A program made the position numbers and the translations under genes. The notes under the pieces were generated by a model. That model made no database searches. It worked only from the letters and a program-made list of their open reading frames with translations, and was not told the origin of the DNA. A stretch of 53,880 nt of DNA from positions 1 to 53,880 of the IMG/VR virus record IMGVR_UViG_2617270943_000003. The stretch is one strand, 5' to 3'. This document shows positions 17,634-26,087 of this stretch, piece after piece. This DNA comes from a virus. Lineage: Duplodnaviria; Heunggongvirae; Uroviricota; Caudoviricetes. Positions within the stretch are counted from its first letter, which is position 1, and each line of letters begins with the position of its first letter.

Positions 17634-18031
17634 ATGAATATTCTTTTAGCCTGCCTTACCCGCCATCGAATAATCGCTATTACCGACATTCGCGCGGTTT
17701 TCACTATATCAGCAAAGTGGGGAAGGAATACAGGGAACAAGTAAGAGACATCATCGAGCTATTAAATTTAAATATTAACCTACCTTGCCGACTGGCAATT
17801 GCCATTTACGCCGCGCCGCCGGATAACCGGATCAGAGATCTGGATAATATCCCTAAATGCCTTTTTGATAGCCTTACTTATGCCGGATTCTGGACTGACG
17901 ACGGACAAATCGACTCAATAAAAATTGTGCGCTGCCGGAAGGTAAAAGGCGGGCGATTGTTTATCAAGGTACGCGAACGCGGCGACCTGCTACCGGATAT
18001 TGACGAATACGCGACCAATATGTGGGGTTAG
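17630..18031 (+). CDS. rusA: RusA-family Holliday junction resolvase
   Basis: LPYPPSNNRYYRHSRG...DLDNIPKCLFDSLTYAGFWTDDGQI resembles RusA endonucleases. Confidence 0.8.
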   Translation: MNEYSFSLPYPPSNNRYYRHSRGFHYISKVGKEYREQVRDIIELLNLNINLPCRLAIAIYAAPPDNRIRDLDNIPKCLFDSLTYAGFWTDDGQIDSIKIVRCRKVKGGRLFIKVRERGDLLPDIDEYATNMWG

Positions 18032-18033
18032 CA

Positions 18034-18216
18034 ATGAAAAACGAAGTTAAAGATCTGCAAATAGATATTCAGCGCGACGAGCGTGATTTAGAGACGGTCC
18101 GACAAATCCAGGCTTTCCACATGCGCGAATTACTTGCGCTGAAAGAGTTTGAAAGAAAGCTGGTGCAATCCATTTCTGATCGTAAACGCCTTATTGCTCG
18201 TTACGGGGGCAAATAA
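18034..18216 (+). CDS. Hypothetical coiled-coil protein
   Basis: 60 aa ORF following rusA. Confidence 0.4.
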   Translation: MKNEVKDLQIDIQRDERDLETVRQIQAFHMRELLALKEFERKLVQSISDRKRLIARYGGK

Positions 18217-18944
18217 TGAATTTAGAATCCATTCTAAAATTCCACTTTCCTAAATCACCGCGATTATCTGACGAAAGCCGGGGCACGTCCCCGGACGCTC
18301 TTAATACAACGGATGCGCTAACCGCTGCGGGTATGGCGCAATCGCGCGTAGAGCTTGGATATAGCGCTTTTTTAGGGAAGATGGAACTATCACAAGCCGA
18401 AAAACACAGGGCCGTAGTTTTGCTTACAGAGCGTTTAAGAGCTATGGCGAAAGATTACGAATACGTGATGGAATTAAATGAAGAACAACGAAATGATCTT
18501 ATTATTCTTGTTGCCGTTTTCGCGTTTCGGGATTACTGCCAGAGTGCCGCGACCGAAAAGGTTTGCCCTAAGTGCGGCGGTAACGGGCTTTTACCAAATC
18601 CATATTGTGAATACACATCGACAGTTTGCTCGCGGTGCAACGGCAAAGGCTACGTTAAGAACCATTGCCAACGTTGCAAGGGGCGCGGCGAAGTACCGGA
18701 TAAAGCAGCCAGCGAAGCGGCGGAAATGCCAGTATTCAAAACGTGCCAGCATTGCGGCGGGCGCGGGTACTCGCGTTTCCCTGTAGATCTCGTCCGGCAG
18801 GCTGTTAACCAGCTTGTTTTCCCTGTAAGCAGATCAACATGGTGGAAGAAATACCGGGTTTTCTATGAAGACGCCATAGCGGAGCTATTCAAAGAAGAAG
18901 CCCGCGCGGAAAGCGAAATTAAACGAGTGACACGGGGTGAATAA
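18216..18944 (+). CDS. Q: Late-gene antitermination protein Q-like (zinc-finger CxxC repeats)
   Basis: Repeated CxxCxGxG motifs (CPKCGGNG, CSRCNGKG, CQRCKGRG, CQHCGGRG), located after ninG-rusA as in lambdoid phages. Confidence 0.65.
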   Translation: MNLESILKFHFPKSPRLSDESRGTSPDALNTTDALTAAGMAQSRVELGYSAFLGKMELSQAEKHRAVVLLTERLRAMAKDYEYVMELNEEQRNDLIILVAVFAFRDYCQSAATEKVCPKCGGNGLLPNPYCEYTSTVCSRCNGKGYVKNHCQRCKGRGEVPDKAASEAAEMPVFKTCQHCGGRGYSRFPVDLVRQAVNQLVFPVSRSTWWKKYRVFYEDAIAELFKEEARAESEIKRVTRGE

Positions 18945-19144
18945 TGGACAAGTTAGAAATAAACGATCAGTTTGCCGTTATCTTATTTGAAGATAAAACA
19001 GGCGGCGCATGGTGTAAGAAAGTCACTGGTGCGGAAGCGCGTTTAATATTGGGTATGGCGAGCGCGTTAAACGAGGGCGAATTGCCCGCCATCCCTGTTA
19101 AGCCAGTCAAAATATACAAACGGGGTGACGATGATGAAGCCTAA
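18944..19144 (+). CDS. Hypothetical protein
   Basis: 66 aa ORF. Confidence 0.4.
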   Translation: MDKLEINDQFAVILFEDKTGGAWCKKVTGAEARLILGMASALNEGELPAIPVKPVKIYKRGDDDEA

Positions 19145-19403
19145 ATTAAAAGAACATCTATTTGCAAAGCTGGTCAATAACCTGACATTAACGGCGCGTG
19201 TGTGCAGTGATACGCAACAATTAAGGGCGTGGATAGCAAGGGATTTAAGAAAATACATTGAGCCAGGCGGACCAGGCGACGAAATGACTATGGACAAGGC
19301 CATCAAGCGCCGTTCGGCTGAATGGTCAGTGAGTAACACTGGATTAACCGGATACATTGAAGGCTATAACGACTGTTTACAGGATCATAGCGATGGCAAG
19401 TAA
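19125..19403 (+). CDS. Hypothetical protein
   Basis: 92 aa ORF. Confidence 0.4.
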   Translation: MTMMKPKLKEHLFAKLVNNLTLTARVCSDTQQLRAWIARDLRKYIEPGGPGDEMTMDKAIKRRSAEWSVSNTGLTGYIEGYNDCLQDHSDGK

Positions 19404-19698
19404 AGACCTGCATTTGAATCTGAAAGGGGAATATTTCCACGCTATCCGTGCGGGAAAGAAGGTGGAGGAATACCGGCTTTATAATGATTATTGGCGTAAA
19501 CGCCTGGAAGGGCGGGAATATGAACGTTTGTTCATTAAATGGGGTTATCCAGCAGGACACGAAGAACACCGGATTATAGACCTACCTTATTTTGGCTATG
19601 AAGTGAAAACGATCATACATCCGTTGTTCGGCCCTGATCCTGTTAAGGTATTCGCAATTAAATGTGATGTGAATTGGATGCTAAGAGGTGAAAAATGA
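19393..19698 (+). CDS. Hypothetical protein
   Basis: ORF 19357-19698; start at MASKDLHLNL. Confidence 0.4.
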   Translation: MASKDLHLNLKGEYFHAIRAGKKVEEYRLYNDYWRKRLEGREYERLFIKWGYPAGHEEHRIIDLPYFGYEVKTIIHPLFGPDPVKVFAIKCDVNWMLRGEK

Positions 19699-19907
19699 AA
19701 AGTAACCGTAAGCGCCTTGTAAGGGCATACGACAAAGCATTAAAGGCTTTTGATGATCTGCGACGCAATAAGCGCCAGCGCCGCAAATGGGCGCGAATGC
19801 TTGTTAGTGAATGGCATAACGAAGATTTCTTTCTGGAAGCGCGGCACATGACGCAAGAAGACGCGGATCAATTAGCTTACGATAACGTTTACTATATGAT
19901 GTGGTGA
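19695..19907 (+). CDS. Hypothetical protein
   Basis: 70 aa basic ORF. Confidence 0.4.
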   Translation: MKSNRKRLVRAYDKALKAFDDLRRNKRQRRKWARMLVSEWHNEDFFLEARHMTQEDADQLAYDNVYYMMW

Positions 19908-19911
19908 TAAT

Positions 19912-20277
19912 ATGCAAATAATCATTGATTACCTTTGCCACGCTGCAAATACAATTTTCGGTATGTATCAACAACCGTTTCTCAAAGAATGGGATGATAT
20001 GCTAAACGACATCCTCGACAAAGGATTAATAATGGAGGTTGACGAGCTTACAATCAGATTTAATTATGAAGGTGAAGAATATCTAATTTGGGTGGGTAAT
20101 AGATGGTATTCATACGGTCATATTTATTCAATTGGTGGTAAGTTCATTAAAAGAAACCAGGAATTCAGACCGCGCTTCCGCACAATGCGCCGCCTGCATG
20201 ATCTGCATATGAAGTTATTCGAAGATCAGGAAGCACGGGAATTATTCAAAATTTACGGGGATAAATCATGGAGCTAA
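19912..20277 (+). CDS. Hypothetical protein
   Basis: 121 aa ORF. Confidence 0.45.
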   Translation: MQIIIDYLCHAANTIFGMYQQPFLKEWDDMLNDILDKGLIMEVDELTIRFNYEGEEYLIWVGNRWYSYGHIYSIGGKFIKRNQEFRPRFRTMRRLHDLHMKLFEDQEARELFKIYGDKSWS

Positions 20278-20498
20278 AAATCTGGCAGGCTATCGACGTA
20301 GTTGATAATGAATTATCTATGTTTGCCACTGACGGAAAGCGCGTGGCGATCGCTACATGGACGCGCTTGCATGACGATATCACTTTTCGCCGCAAAGTTG
20401 CCGAGGGTCTTTTCTCTGATGGCGGCTACACGATGAATATCGCACAGCTTGCCAGGATGAAGGATGAAAAGCTGGTAGACAGCTACACAACTGCATAA
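20268..20498 (+). CDS. Hypothetical protein
   Basis: 76 aa ORF. Confidence 0.4.
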   Translation: MELKIWQAIDVVDNELSMFATDGKRVAIATWTRLHDDITFRRKVAEGLFSDGGYTMNIAQLARMKDEKLVDSYTTA

Positions 20499-20508
20499 CG
20501 GGGTAAAT

Positions 20509-21033
20509 ATGCGTATTTATGAACACAAGCGGGATAAAACCCGCTTTTTTGTTCGTGCTGGCGTAGCGTACCAGTATCACGAATGCGGATATATTGAGGC
20601 GCTTGCTTACGACCTGGATTTCGAACAAGAAAAGGCATGGTTCGATTTTAAAATTTACCGTAAGCGCAAACCAACGCGCGACGAGCGCCACGCTATCCGG
20701 GACTTTTTAATCAGCATTGACCGCTGGGGGTACAGAGTAATGAGAGCGAAGAAAATGGCAGACAAGAAAGCGTTAGTTATTGCCACAACGGATGTATCGT
20801 TATTTACGAAGGGCGAAGAAATAGATCTTAAATTGCTTTTTGGTATGTTTGAGCCACACGAAAAGCCGTGGTTTGTTCATGAAGACAAACAAGGAAATAT
20901 GCGCGTTGTAGTGCCGGACAAAAACAGCGACATATTTTTTGCTATTCCAGACCCATTACATGACGGTGAAATGCTGGCGGTATTGTTGGTCACTGATGCT
21001 GTCACTTACAAGGGAAAGAAATATGAAAGTTAA
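20509..21033 (+). CDS. Hypothetical protein
   Basis: 174 aa ORF. Confidence 0.5.
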   Translation: MRIYEHKRDKTRFFVRAGVAYQYHECGYIEALAYDLDFEQEKAWFDFKIYRKRKPTRDERHAIRDFLISIDRWGYRVMRAKKMADKKALVIATTDVSLFTKGEEIDLKLLFGMFEPHEKPWFVHEDKQGNMRVVVPDKNSDIFFAIPDPLHDGEMLAVLLVTDAVTYKGKKYES

Positions 21034-21250
21034 ATTCTTGCACGATCACGGCTACCCGTCATTGAAACAGGTTGTTGGTAAGGTCGTTAATGTCGTTCAT
21101 AGCGATGATGTTACTTGCATGATTAACGGTGCTGATCTCATTGCCGCTGGTGCTGATGACCATTACATCAATCCTGCGTGGTCGTATACGTTCAGCCTGG
21201 GCGACTTCGTGGGCGACAAGGGGCGCGGGCTGCAAGTGGTAGAGGGTTAA
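21023..21250 (+). CDS. Hypothetical protein
   Basis: ORF 20939-21250; start at MKVKFLHDHGY (21023). Confidence 0.4.
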   Translation: MKVKFLHDHGYPSLKQVVGKVVNVVHSDDVTCMINGADLIAAGADDHYINPAWSYTFSLGDFVGDKGRGLQVVEG

Positions 21251-21254
21251 TATC

Positions 21255-21470
21255 ATGGACGTTTACGAAGATCTATACCTTCAGACAAATACCCGCACTT
21301 TTTATTTTCTGAAAAACGGCGTCGTATATCGCAGCGATGACGGGGTAATAATGAAGGAATGGTTATTTAAGCGCAAAGACCTACTGGAAGATCTTGTCTT
21401 CGCCGGGATATTCCGTAAACGTCCGGCTAACATTGAGGAAGAAATGTTGATCGACGAGGTATTAAAATGA
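21255..21470 (+). CDS. Hypothetical protein
   Basis: 71 aa ORF. Confidence 0.4.
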   Translation: MDVYEDLYLQTNTRTFYFLKNGVVYRSDDGVIMKEWLFKRKDLLEDLVFAGIFRKRPANIEEEMLIDEVLK

Positions 21471-21718
21471 AAGTGAAAGTGAACTATTTCAGAGCAAAAG
21501 ACAAGGCAACAGGGAAACGGGTAGTTATCCTGGTTAATGAGGCCAATTATATGTTTGTTCTCCAGCCGTGGTGCATAACTGACTATAACGATGATTATCG
21601 CCGTCATGCAGCGCGGCGGGCGGTCGGCATGAAAGGCTGGCAACCGCGCGACATGGAAAATTATTGCGACTGGAAACTGATAGCAAAATACACGGTCGAT
21701 TATAAAGGTATCTTCTGA
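21467..21718 (+). CDS. Hypothetical protein
   Basis: 83 aa ORF. Confidence 0.4.
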   Translation: MKVKVNYFRAKDKATGKRVVILVNEANYMFVLQPWCITDYNDDYRRHAARRAVGMKGWQPRDMENYCDWKLIAKYTVDYKGIF

Positions 21719-21734
21719 TTTAAGGTGATTGCCT

Positions 21735-22559
21735 ATGAAACATCAAGTAATATCGTTCAGTGGCGGAAGGACTTCTGCTTACATGACTCTAGAGGTATTG
21801 AAAATTCACCATGACGCAGAGGTCATCTTTATGGATACAGGGGCTGAACACCCCAAAACATACGAGTTTATAAAGAATTTAGCCTCACACTTCAACATTA
21901 AAATAACTTGCCTCCGCTGCGTTCCTCCTGCAATTAAATACGGTAAATTCAGTTACGAGATCATTGGTATTGATGATGTAAAATATGACCTTGTTCCGTG
22001 GCGGAGAATCCTGGAACATTATGGTCATCCTTATATCGGCGGGGCATTCTGTACTCACAGGATGAAACAGCTACCTTTTGAAAAGTATTGTGATGAACAC
22101 TATGGCAAAGGCAATTACGAACGCTGGTTAGGTATTAGGGCAGATGAGCCACGCAGACTACACGAAAGGGAGGGTTTTCACTATCTGGCAGATATAAGTG
22201 ACTTTGAGAAGCAGGATATTATTGATTGGTGGTCAGGGCAGCCATTTGATTTAGAGATCCCCGAACATCTTGGTAATTGTGTTTTCTGCATTAAGAAGAG
22301 CAACAAGAAGTTGGCATTGGCAGCAAGAGATGAACCTGAACTATATGACCAGTTTTGTAGTTGCATTGCAGAGCATGATTGCAAGGAAGGTAAGCCGGAA
22401 ATGTATCGCAACAAAATGGCATTGCAGGACGTAATAGCGTTGTTCAGACTGGAGGAAACAGAAGGGATACGCAGCAGCATTATTAACAAGAAAGAGTTTG
22501 GTTCAGGCAGTTGTTCTGAAAGCTGCGAGGCTTTCGCTTGTGATAATAACGTGATCTAA
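21735..22559 (+). CDS. PAPS-reductase-like PP-loop ATP pyrophosphatase family protein
   Basis: PP-loop motif ISFSGGRTSAY near the N-terminus and a C-terminal Cys cluster (CSESCEAFAC); ATG at 21735 with AAGGTGA upstream. Confidence 0.6.
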   Translation: MKHQVISFSGGRTSAYMTLEVLKIHHDAEVIFMDTGAEHPKTYEFIKNLASHFNIKITCLRCVPPAIKYGKFSYEIIGIDDVKYDLVPWRRILEHYGHPYIGGAFCTHRMKQLPFEKYCDEHYGKGNYERWLGIRADEPRRLHEREGFHYLADISDFEKQDIIDWWSGQPFDLEIPEHLGNCVFCIKKSNKKLALAARDEPELYDQFCSCIAEHDCKEGKPEMYRNKMALQDVIALFRLEETEGIRSSIINKKEFGSGSCSESCEAFACDNNVI

Positions 22560-22644
22560 ATCACAAAGTATACAAAATGGCATTGTTCAGGCAGTGCCGT
22601 TTTGTTATATGTAAGCCACGGAAAGACGGAGGGGAGGCAAGAAA

Positions 22645-22785
22645 ATGAACGCTAACGCTAAATATCCGGCATGGGTTTTTGAGTTATATGCCCGCTACTT
22701 TGAATTGCTGGCACCAGGTGAAGAAGCATTAAGCATTGACGAATACGCGGAGTGTTTGGGGTTCAAAGGAGGCAAAGAAGGATAA
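22645..22785 (+). CDS. Small hypothetical protein (46 aa)
   Basis: MNANAKYPAWVFELYARYFELLAPGEEALSIDEYAECLGFKGGKEG; strong GGAGGGGAGG Shine-Dalgarno-like sequence upstream. Confidence 0.35.
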   Translation: MNANAKYPAWVFELYARYFELLAPGEEALSIDEYAECLGFKGGKEG

Positions 22786-22828
22786 AGCACGGGGTCGGAT
22801 GGCTCCATCAAACCAGAAGGGTTGAATC

Positions 22829-23128
22829 ATGAAAAGCGATAAATTCATAGCGTGCTGTTTTGTTGAAGTGCCTAAAGGTGATGTTTTCTGTAATTACGAA
22901 TTTAAAGACAGTTTAGGCCGATCTCATGTTGTTGTTGGTAAACGAGGCGATTGGTTATATATAACAGACGACGACATGATTTTTACCAAAAATCAACTAT
23001 TTTACATCAACTCAGTAAATAATTATGCGCCAGTTGCCGCTATATCCATGATGGATCTTAAATCTAATATGTGGCTTGAAAAGGACACTGTGCATAAAGC
23101 GCGTAGCTTACCTGGTGCGGAGTTTTAA
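22829..23128 (+). CDS. Hypothetical protein
   Basis: 99 aa ORF. Confidence 0.45.
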   Translation: MKSDKFIACCFVEVPKGDVFCNYEFKDSLGRSHVVVGKRGDWLYITDDDMIFTKNQLFYINSVNNYAPVAAISMMDLKSNMWLEKDTVHKARSLPGAEF

Positions 23129-23130
23129 TT

Positions 23131-23388
23131 ATGGTTGTGTTCAGGCTATGGCGCGGTGTAAGTCGTACCGATGGCACGTATAGCCGCGTGATTGAAGATG
23201 TTAACCGTGGCCGTTTTTATGAACTGGCATACAGGGAGGGAATGGAGAATACATATTTTGATGAGTCAATCCCTATGTGGCGGAAAATAGCTGGTGAAAT
23301 AGCTTTCGTTGCTCGCTACGGTACTTATAAAGATCACAACACGCTAACGGATGCCGAACTGGTGGCAATTCTTTACGAAGGAGAATAA
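23131..23388 (+). CDS. Hypothetical protein
   Basis: 85 aa ORF. Confidence 0.4.
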   Translation: MVVFRLWRGVSRTDGTYSRVIEDVNRGRFYELAYREGMENTYFDESIPMWRKIAGEIAFVARYGTYKDHNTLTDAELVAILYEGE

Positions 23389-23391
23389 CAA

Positions 23392-23715
23392 ATGTCTAAA
23401 TTTATCAGCGTTAAGGTTTTTCGTGGCAATTTTCCAGAAGATAAAGAAATTGGACAATTCGCAGGTGAACGTGGCGTATGTTTCCGTGTAGCTACTGAAG
23501 ACGATGCGCACGTTAAATGCTTTCACGTATCTGAACCGCCTTTTAATGCAGACCATCTTGAAGACCTGAATAGAATTAAAAGCCTTATTTTTGCCTATCT
23601 GGCGTTCCCTGGCATAGCTAATGCTGATGTGGGATTGGTTGGAGCTGAACTAGTGGCAGAATATAAAATGACTGAAGGAGAAGAAGGGGGAATTAAAATT
23701 GAGCGCATCAAATAA
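23392..23715 (+). CDS. Hypothetical protein
   Basis: 107 aa ORF. Confidence 0.45.
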   Translation: MSKFISVKVFRGNFPEDKEIGQFAGERGVCFRVATEDDAHVKCFHVSEPPFNADHLEDLNRIKSLIFAYLAFPGIANADVGLVGAELVAEYKMTEGEEGGIKIERIK

Positions 23716-23953
23716 GGTATACAAAATCAGGTGTAAAGGCGAATACCCTGGCTTTACGATTGGTTGCGAATATATGGGCCGCATTGGGTACGGCCCTTTC
23801 GGTGAATTAGGGATGAATACGCTGGACGACGACGGCGACAGCAGGACGCTTGATCTCGATTCTGATGATTTCGAATACATCCCGCCAGTAACTTGCCGCG
23901 TAGTTGATGAGTTCCTGGCTGAACATGAAGACGATGAGGATGATTATGATTGA
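23699..23953 (+). CDS. Hypothetical acidic protein
   Basis: 84 aa ORF with non-ATG (TTG) start and AAGGGGGA upstream; acidic C-terminus. Confidence 0.35.
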   Translation: MSASNKVYKIRCKGEYPGFTIGCEYMGRIGYGPFGELGMNTLDDDGDSRTLDLDSDDFEYIPPVTCRVVDEFLAEHEDDEDDYD

Positions 23954-24140
23954 ATGCCTTATTGCTGTGACTGTTTTGCTTTATATCGCTGGCGCGATCT
24001 TGATGTCATGTTTTATTAAGGTTAGTGAGGCTGACCGTTGCGGATTTGAGATCCCTTTTTGGCCTGTATTGGTTTTTCTCGCTTTCTTTGATGTTACGGT
24101 AGTGCAGATCAAGCGAGCCATTAAGGAGCGCAAGAAATGA
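23940..24140 (+). CDS. Small membrane protein
   Basis: MIMIECLIAVTVLLYIAGAILMSCFIKV...FWPVLVFLAFFDV: two hydrophobic helices. Confidence 0.4.
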   Translation: MIMIECLIAVTVLLYIAGAILMSCFIKVSEADRCGFEIPFWPVLVFLAFFDVTVVQIKRAIKERKK

Positions 24141-24319
24141 TTGAAGATGGGGTGTACGCAGCAACAGTAGTCGACAGGTTGTTTTACCGCGTGGAAGGTG
24201 ATGATATTCGTATCCGTGTTGGCGGTGGCGGGTGGGTAGCGCCAATCATTAAGACGACGCGAGAAACAATTAAAATATTTCTTGATGCTGGTGAACTGGT
24301 AAAGGTTAGCGACCTATGA
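24137..24319 (+). CDS. Hypothetical protein
   Basis: 60 aa ORF. Confidence 0.35.
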   Translation: MIEDGVYAATVVDRLFYRVEGDDIRIRVGGGGWVAPIIKTTRETIKIFLDAGELVKVSDL

Positions 24320-24492
24320 ACGAGATCGAAGACGGTATGTATTTTCATAAGGTATTTGACATCGCCTATTTGGTAAGAGGCGAAGAGGTGATGATAAGGA
24401 ATGAAGATGTTCCTTATTGGGAATTAAGCGACATGGATCGCGAACACATGCAAACATTGCTTGATAACGGACTGATATACAGAACTGCGTAA
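24316..24492 (+). CDS. Small hypothetical protein (58 aa)
   Basis: MNEIEDGMYFHKVFDIAYLVRGEEVMIRNEDVPYWELSDMDREHMQTLLDNGLIYRTA by manual translation; stop/start overlap with the upstream gene. Confidence 0.3.
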   Translation: MNEIEDGMYFHKVFDIAYLVRGEEVMIRNEDVPYWELSDMDREHMQTLLDNGLIYRTA

Positions 24493-24500
24493 AGCCGTAT

Positions 24501-24529
24501 TTGTGGGTCGAAAACAAGCAGATTAAAAT
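24501..24529 (+). promoter_or_regulatory. Candidate late promoter (TTGTGG-17bp-TAAAAT) upstream of lysis cassette
   Basis: -35/-10-like hexamers with 17-bp spacing, immediately upstream of a strong hairpin terminator, resembling a PR'/tR' arrangement. Confidence 0.35.
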
Positions 24530-24557
24530 ATTACCTAACAATGCGAAACTGTAACTA

Positions 24558-24580
24558 CCCGGCCCCGCGCCGGGTTTTTG
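24558..24580 (+). terminator. Rho-independent terminator upstream of holin (tR'-like)
   Basis: GC-rich hairpin CCCGGC-CCCGC-GCCGGG followed by TTTTT. Confidence 0.6.
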
Positions 24581-24599
24581 CTTTGTTGGAGGAAAATCT

Positions 24600-24800
24600 A
24601 TGTTCGACAGAATACGGGAGGCGTGTGCGTATGTGACTGGGGCCGTAACTGCTTTTTTCGGCGCGATAACCATCAATGACATTGCCGTCTTTGTGGGTAT
24701 CTTATCAACCGTAGGCACATTTGCCGTTAATTATTACTTCAAATCACAGGAGAACAAGCGAGCGCAAGAGGAACACGACGCGCGAATGGGGAATAAGTAA
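24600..24800 (+). CDS. Holin (pinholin-like, two TM domains)
   Basis: 66 aa, two hydrophobic segments and charged C-terminal tail, immediately upstream of a SAR lysozyme. Confidence 0.7.
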   Translation: MFDRIREACAYVTGAVTAFFGAITINDIAVFVGILSTVGTFAVNYYFKSQENKRAQEEHDARMGNK

Positions 24801-25292
24801 ATGATTAGCCAATCGCTGAAAAACAAGATTGTTGCGGCGGCGGCTGGTGGGGCGATCGCTATTGCGGCGGTGATGATTAAGCCATTAGAGGGCGTGGAAC
24901 ACGATCCCTATCGTGATGTTGTAGGTGTATGGACTGTTTGCTACGGTCACACCGGGAAAGACATCATGCTTGGTAAGACTTACACGCAATCAGAATGCGA
25001 TGCTTTGTTAAATAAAGATCTACACAAGACCGCAAAAGCGATTGACCCATATATCAAAGTCGAAATATCAGATTTTACCCGCGCTGCACTTTATTCCTTC
25101 GCCTATAACGTAGGCGCAACCAACTTCAAAACATCAACCTTATTAAAGCTACTCAATGACGGCAGGAAATCGGAAGCGTGCGCACAGCTTAAACGCTGGG
25201 TATACGCTGGCGGTAAGAAGTGGCAAGGCCTGGTAAACCGCCGCGATGTTGAATATGCCGTTTGCGAATGGGGGGAAACGTGGACAAGGTGA
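24801..25292 (+). CDS. Endolysin, phage lysozyme (GH24) with N-terminal signal-anchor-release domain
   Basis: N-terminal weakly hydrophobic Gly/Ala-rich segment [18 protein letters not shown] followed by the lysozyme catalytic region (E...D...T: [23 protein letters not shown]). Confidence 0.85.
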   Translation: MISQSLKNKIVAAAAGGAIAIAAVMIKPLEGVEHDPYRDVVGVWTVCYGHTGKDIMLGKTYTQSECDALLNKDLHKTAKAIDPYIKVEISDFTRAALYSFAYNVGATNFKTSTLLKLLNDGRKSEACAQLKRWVYAGGKKWQGLVNRRDVEYAVCEWGETWTR

Positions 25293-25750
25293 AGGCGTTA
25301 ATTATCGCCGCTGTTGTTTGCATTATTGCCGGACTTACCGCCGTAACGTGTTATTACCAGGGGGAAACGGCAAGGTTACAGGAAGAAGTCACGGTGACGA
25401 AAGGCGCACTGAAAACGGCAAGTAACACTATTCAGCAGATGAAGGAGCGAAACGCCGAACTGTCAAAACTTGATAAGAGGTATCACGATGAGATTAAAGC
25501 TATCAGATCTGACATTGCCGATCTGCGCACTGGCATTGATAACGGCACTATCAGGCTGCGCGTCAACGCAATACCCGTGCGAGTGTCCGACTCCGCCGAA
25601 TCCGCCAGCCGCATTGATGGAGCCTCCTGTAGACTCACTCCCGACGCTGAATCGGCTTATCTATCCCTCAGAGAACAACTAAAAGAGAAAGATGCGAAGA
25701 TAACCGCGCTTCAGGGCTACATCAAAACACAGTGCTTACGCAAAGAATAA
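25262..25750 (+). CDS. Rz: Spanin, inner membrane subunit (Rz-like)
   Basis: N-terminal TM helix then coiled-coil periplasmic domain; overlaps lysozyme 3' end; contains embedded Rz1. Confidence 0.7.
   Translation: MRMGGNVDKVKALIIAAVVCIIAGLTAVTCYYQGETARLQEEVTVTKGALKTASNTIQQMKERNAELSKLDKRYHDEIKAIRSDIADLRTGIDNGTIRLRVNAIPVRVSDSAESASRIDGASCRLTPDAESAYLSLREQLKEKDAKITALQGYIKTQCLRKE
25488..25682 (+). CDS. Rz1: Spanin, outer membrane lipoprotein subunit (Rz1-like), embedded in Rz
   Basis: Lipobox ITALSGC and Pro-rich mature region ([17 protein letters not shown]), entirely within Rz in another frame. Confidence 0.7.
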   Translation: MRLKLSDLTLPICALALITALSGCASTQYPCECPTPPNPPAALMEPPVDSLPTLNRLIYPSENN

Positions 25751-26087
25751 CAGCGCGTGGACGTGTCGCCGTTTCCGCCAGCCAGCCATAACCGGGCCAA
25801 TCCTTCCCGCGAGCGACGGCGGAAATTCAAAAACACGTAATACCGGATCAACAGTCCCATTAACAGGTCAGGCGCTACCTGGGTAGAAGAAAGCGCCATC
25901 AACTCACCTGCCATGCGTAGGATGAGCGTTCGGATCTGTTTACCAGAGATGTTAAGCAGATCCAGTTTTATAAAATTCTAAAAACGGTACTCACTCAGCG
26001 CCGTTTTTAGTGTTTTATAGCTGTTTTCACTCCCTGCGGTGTCCAGTTTTGCGGGGGTTATATTTTTCAGGATAGAGGAATATTCTG

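Noticed and set aside
25717-25914. 65-aa minus-strand ORF downstream of Rz
   Set aside because: Antisense to the late operon direction, overlaps the Rz 3' end, and has no ribosome-binding site.
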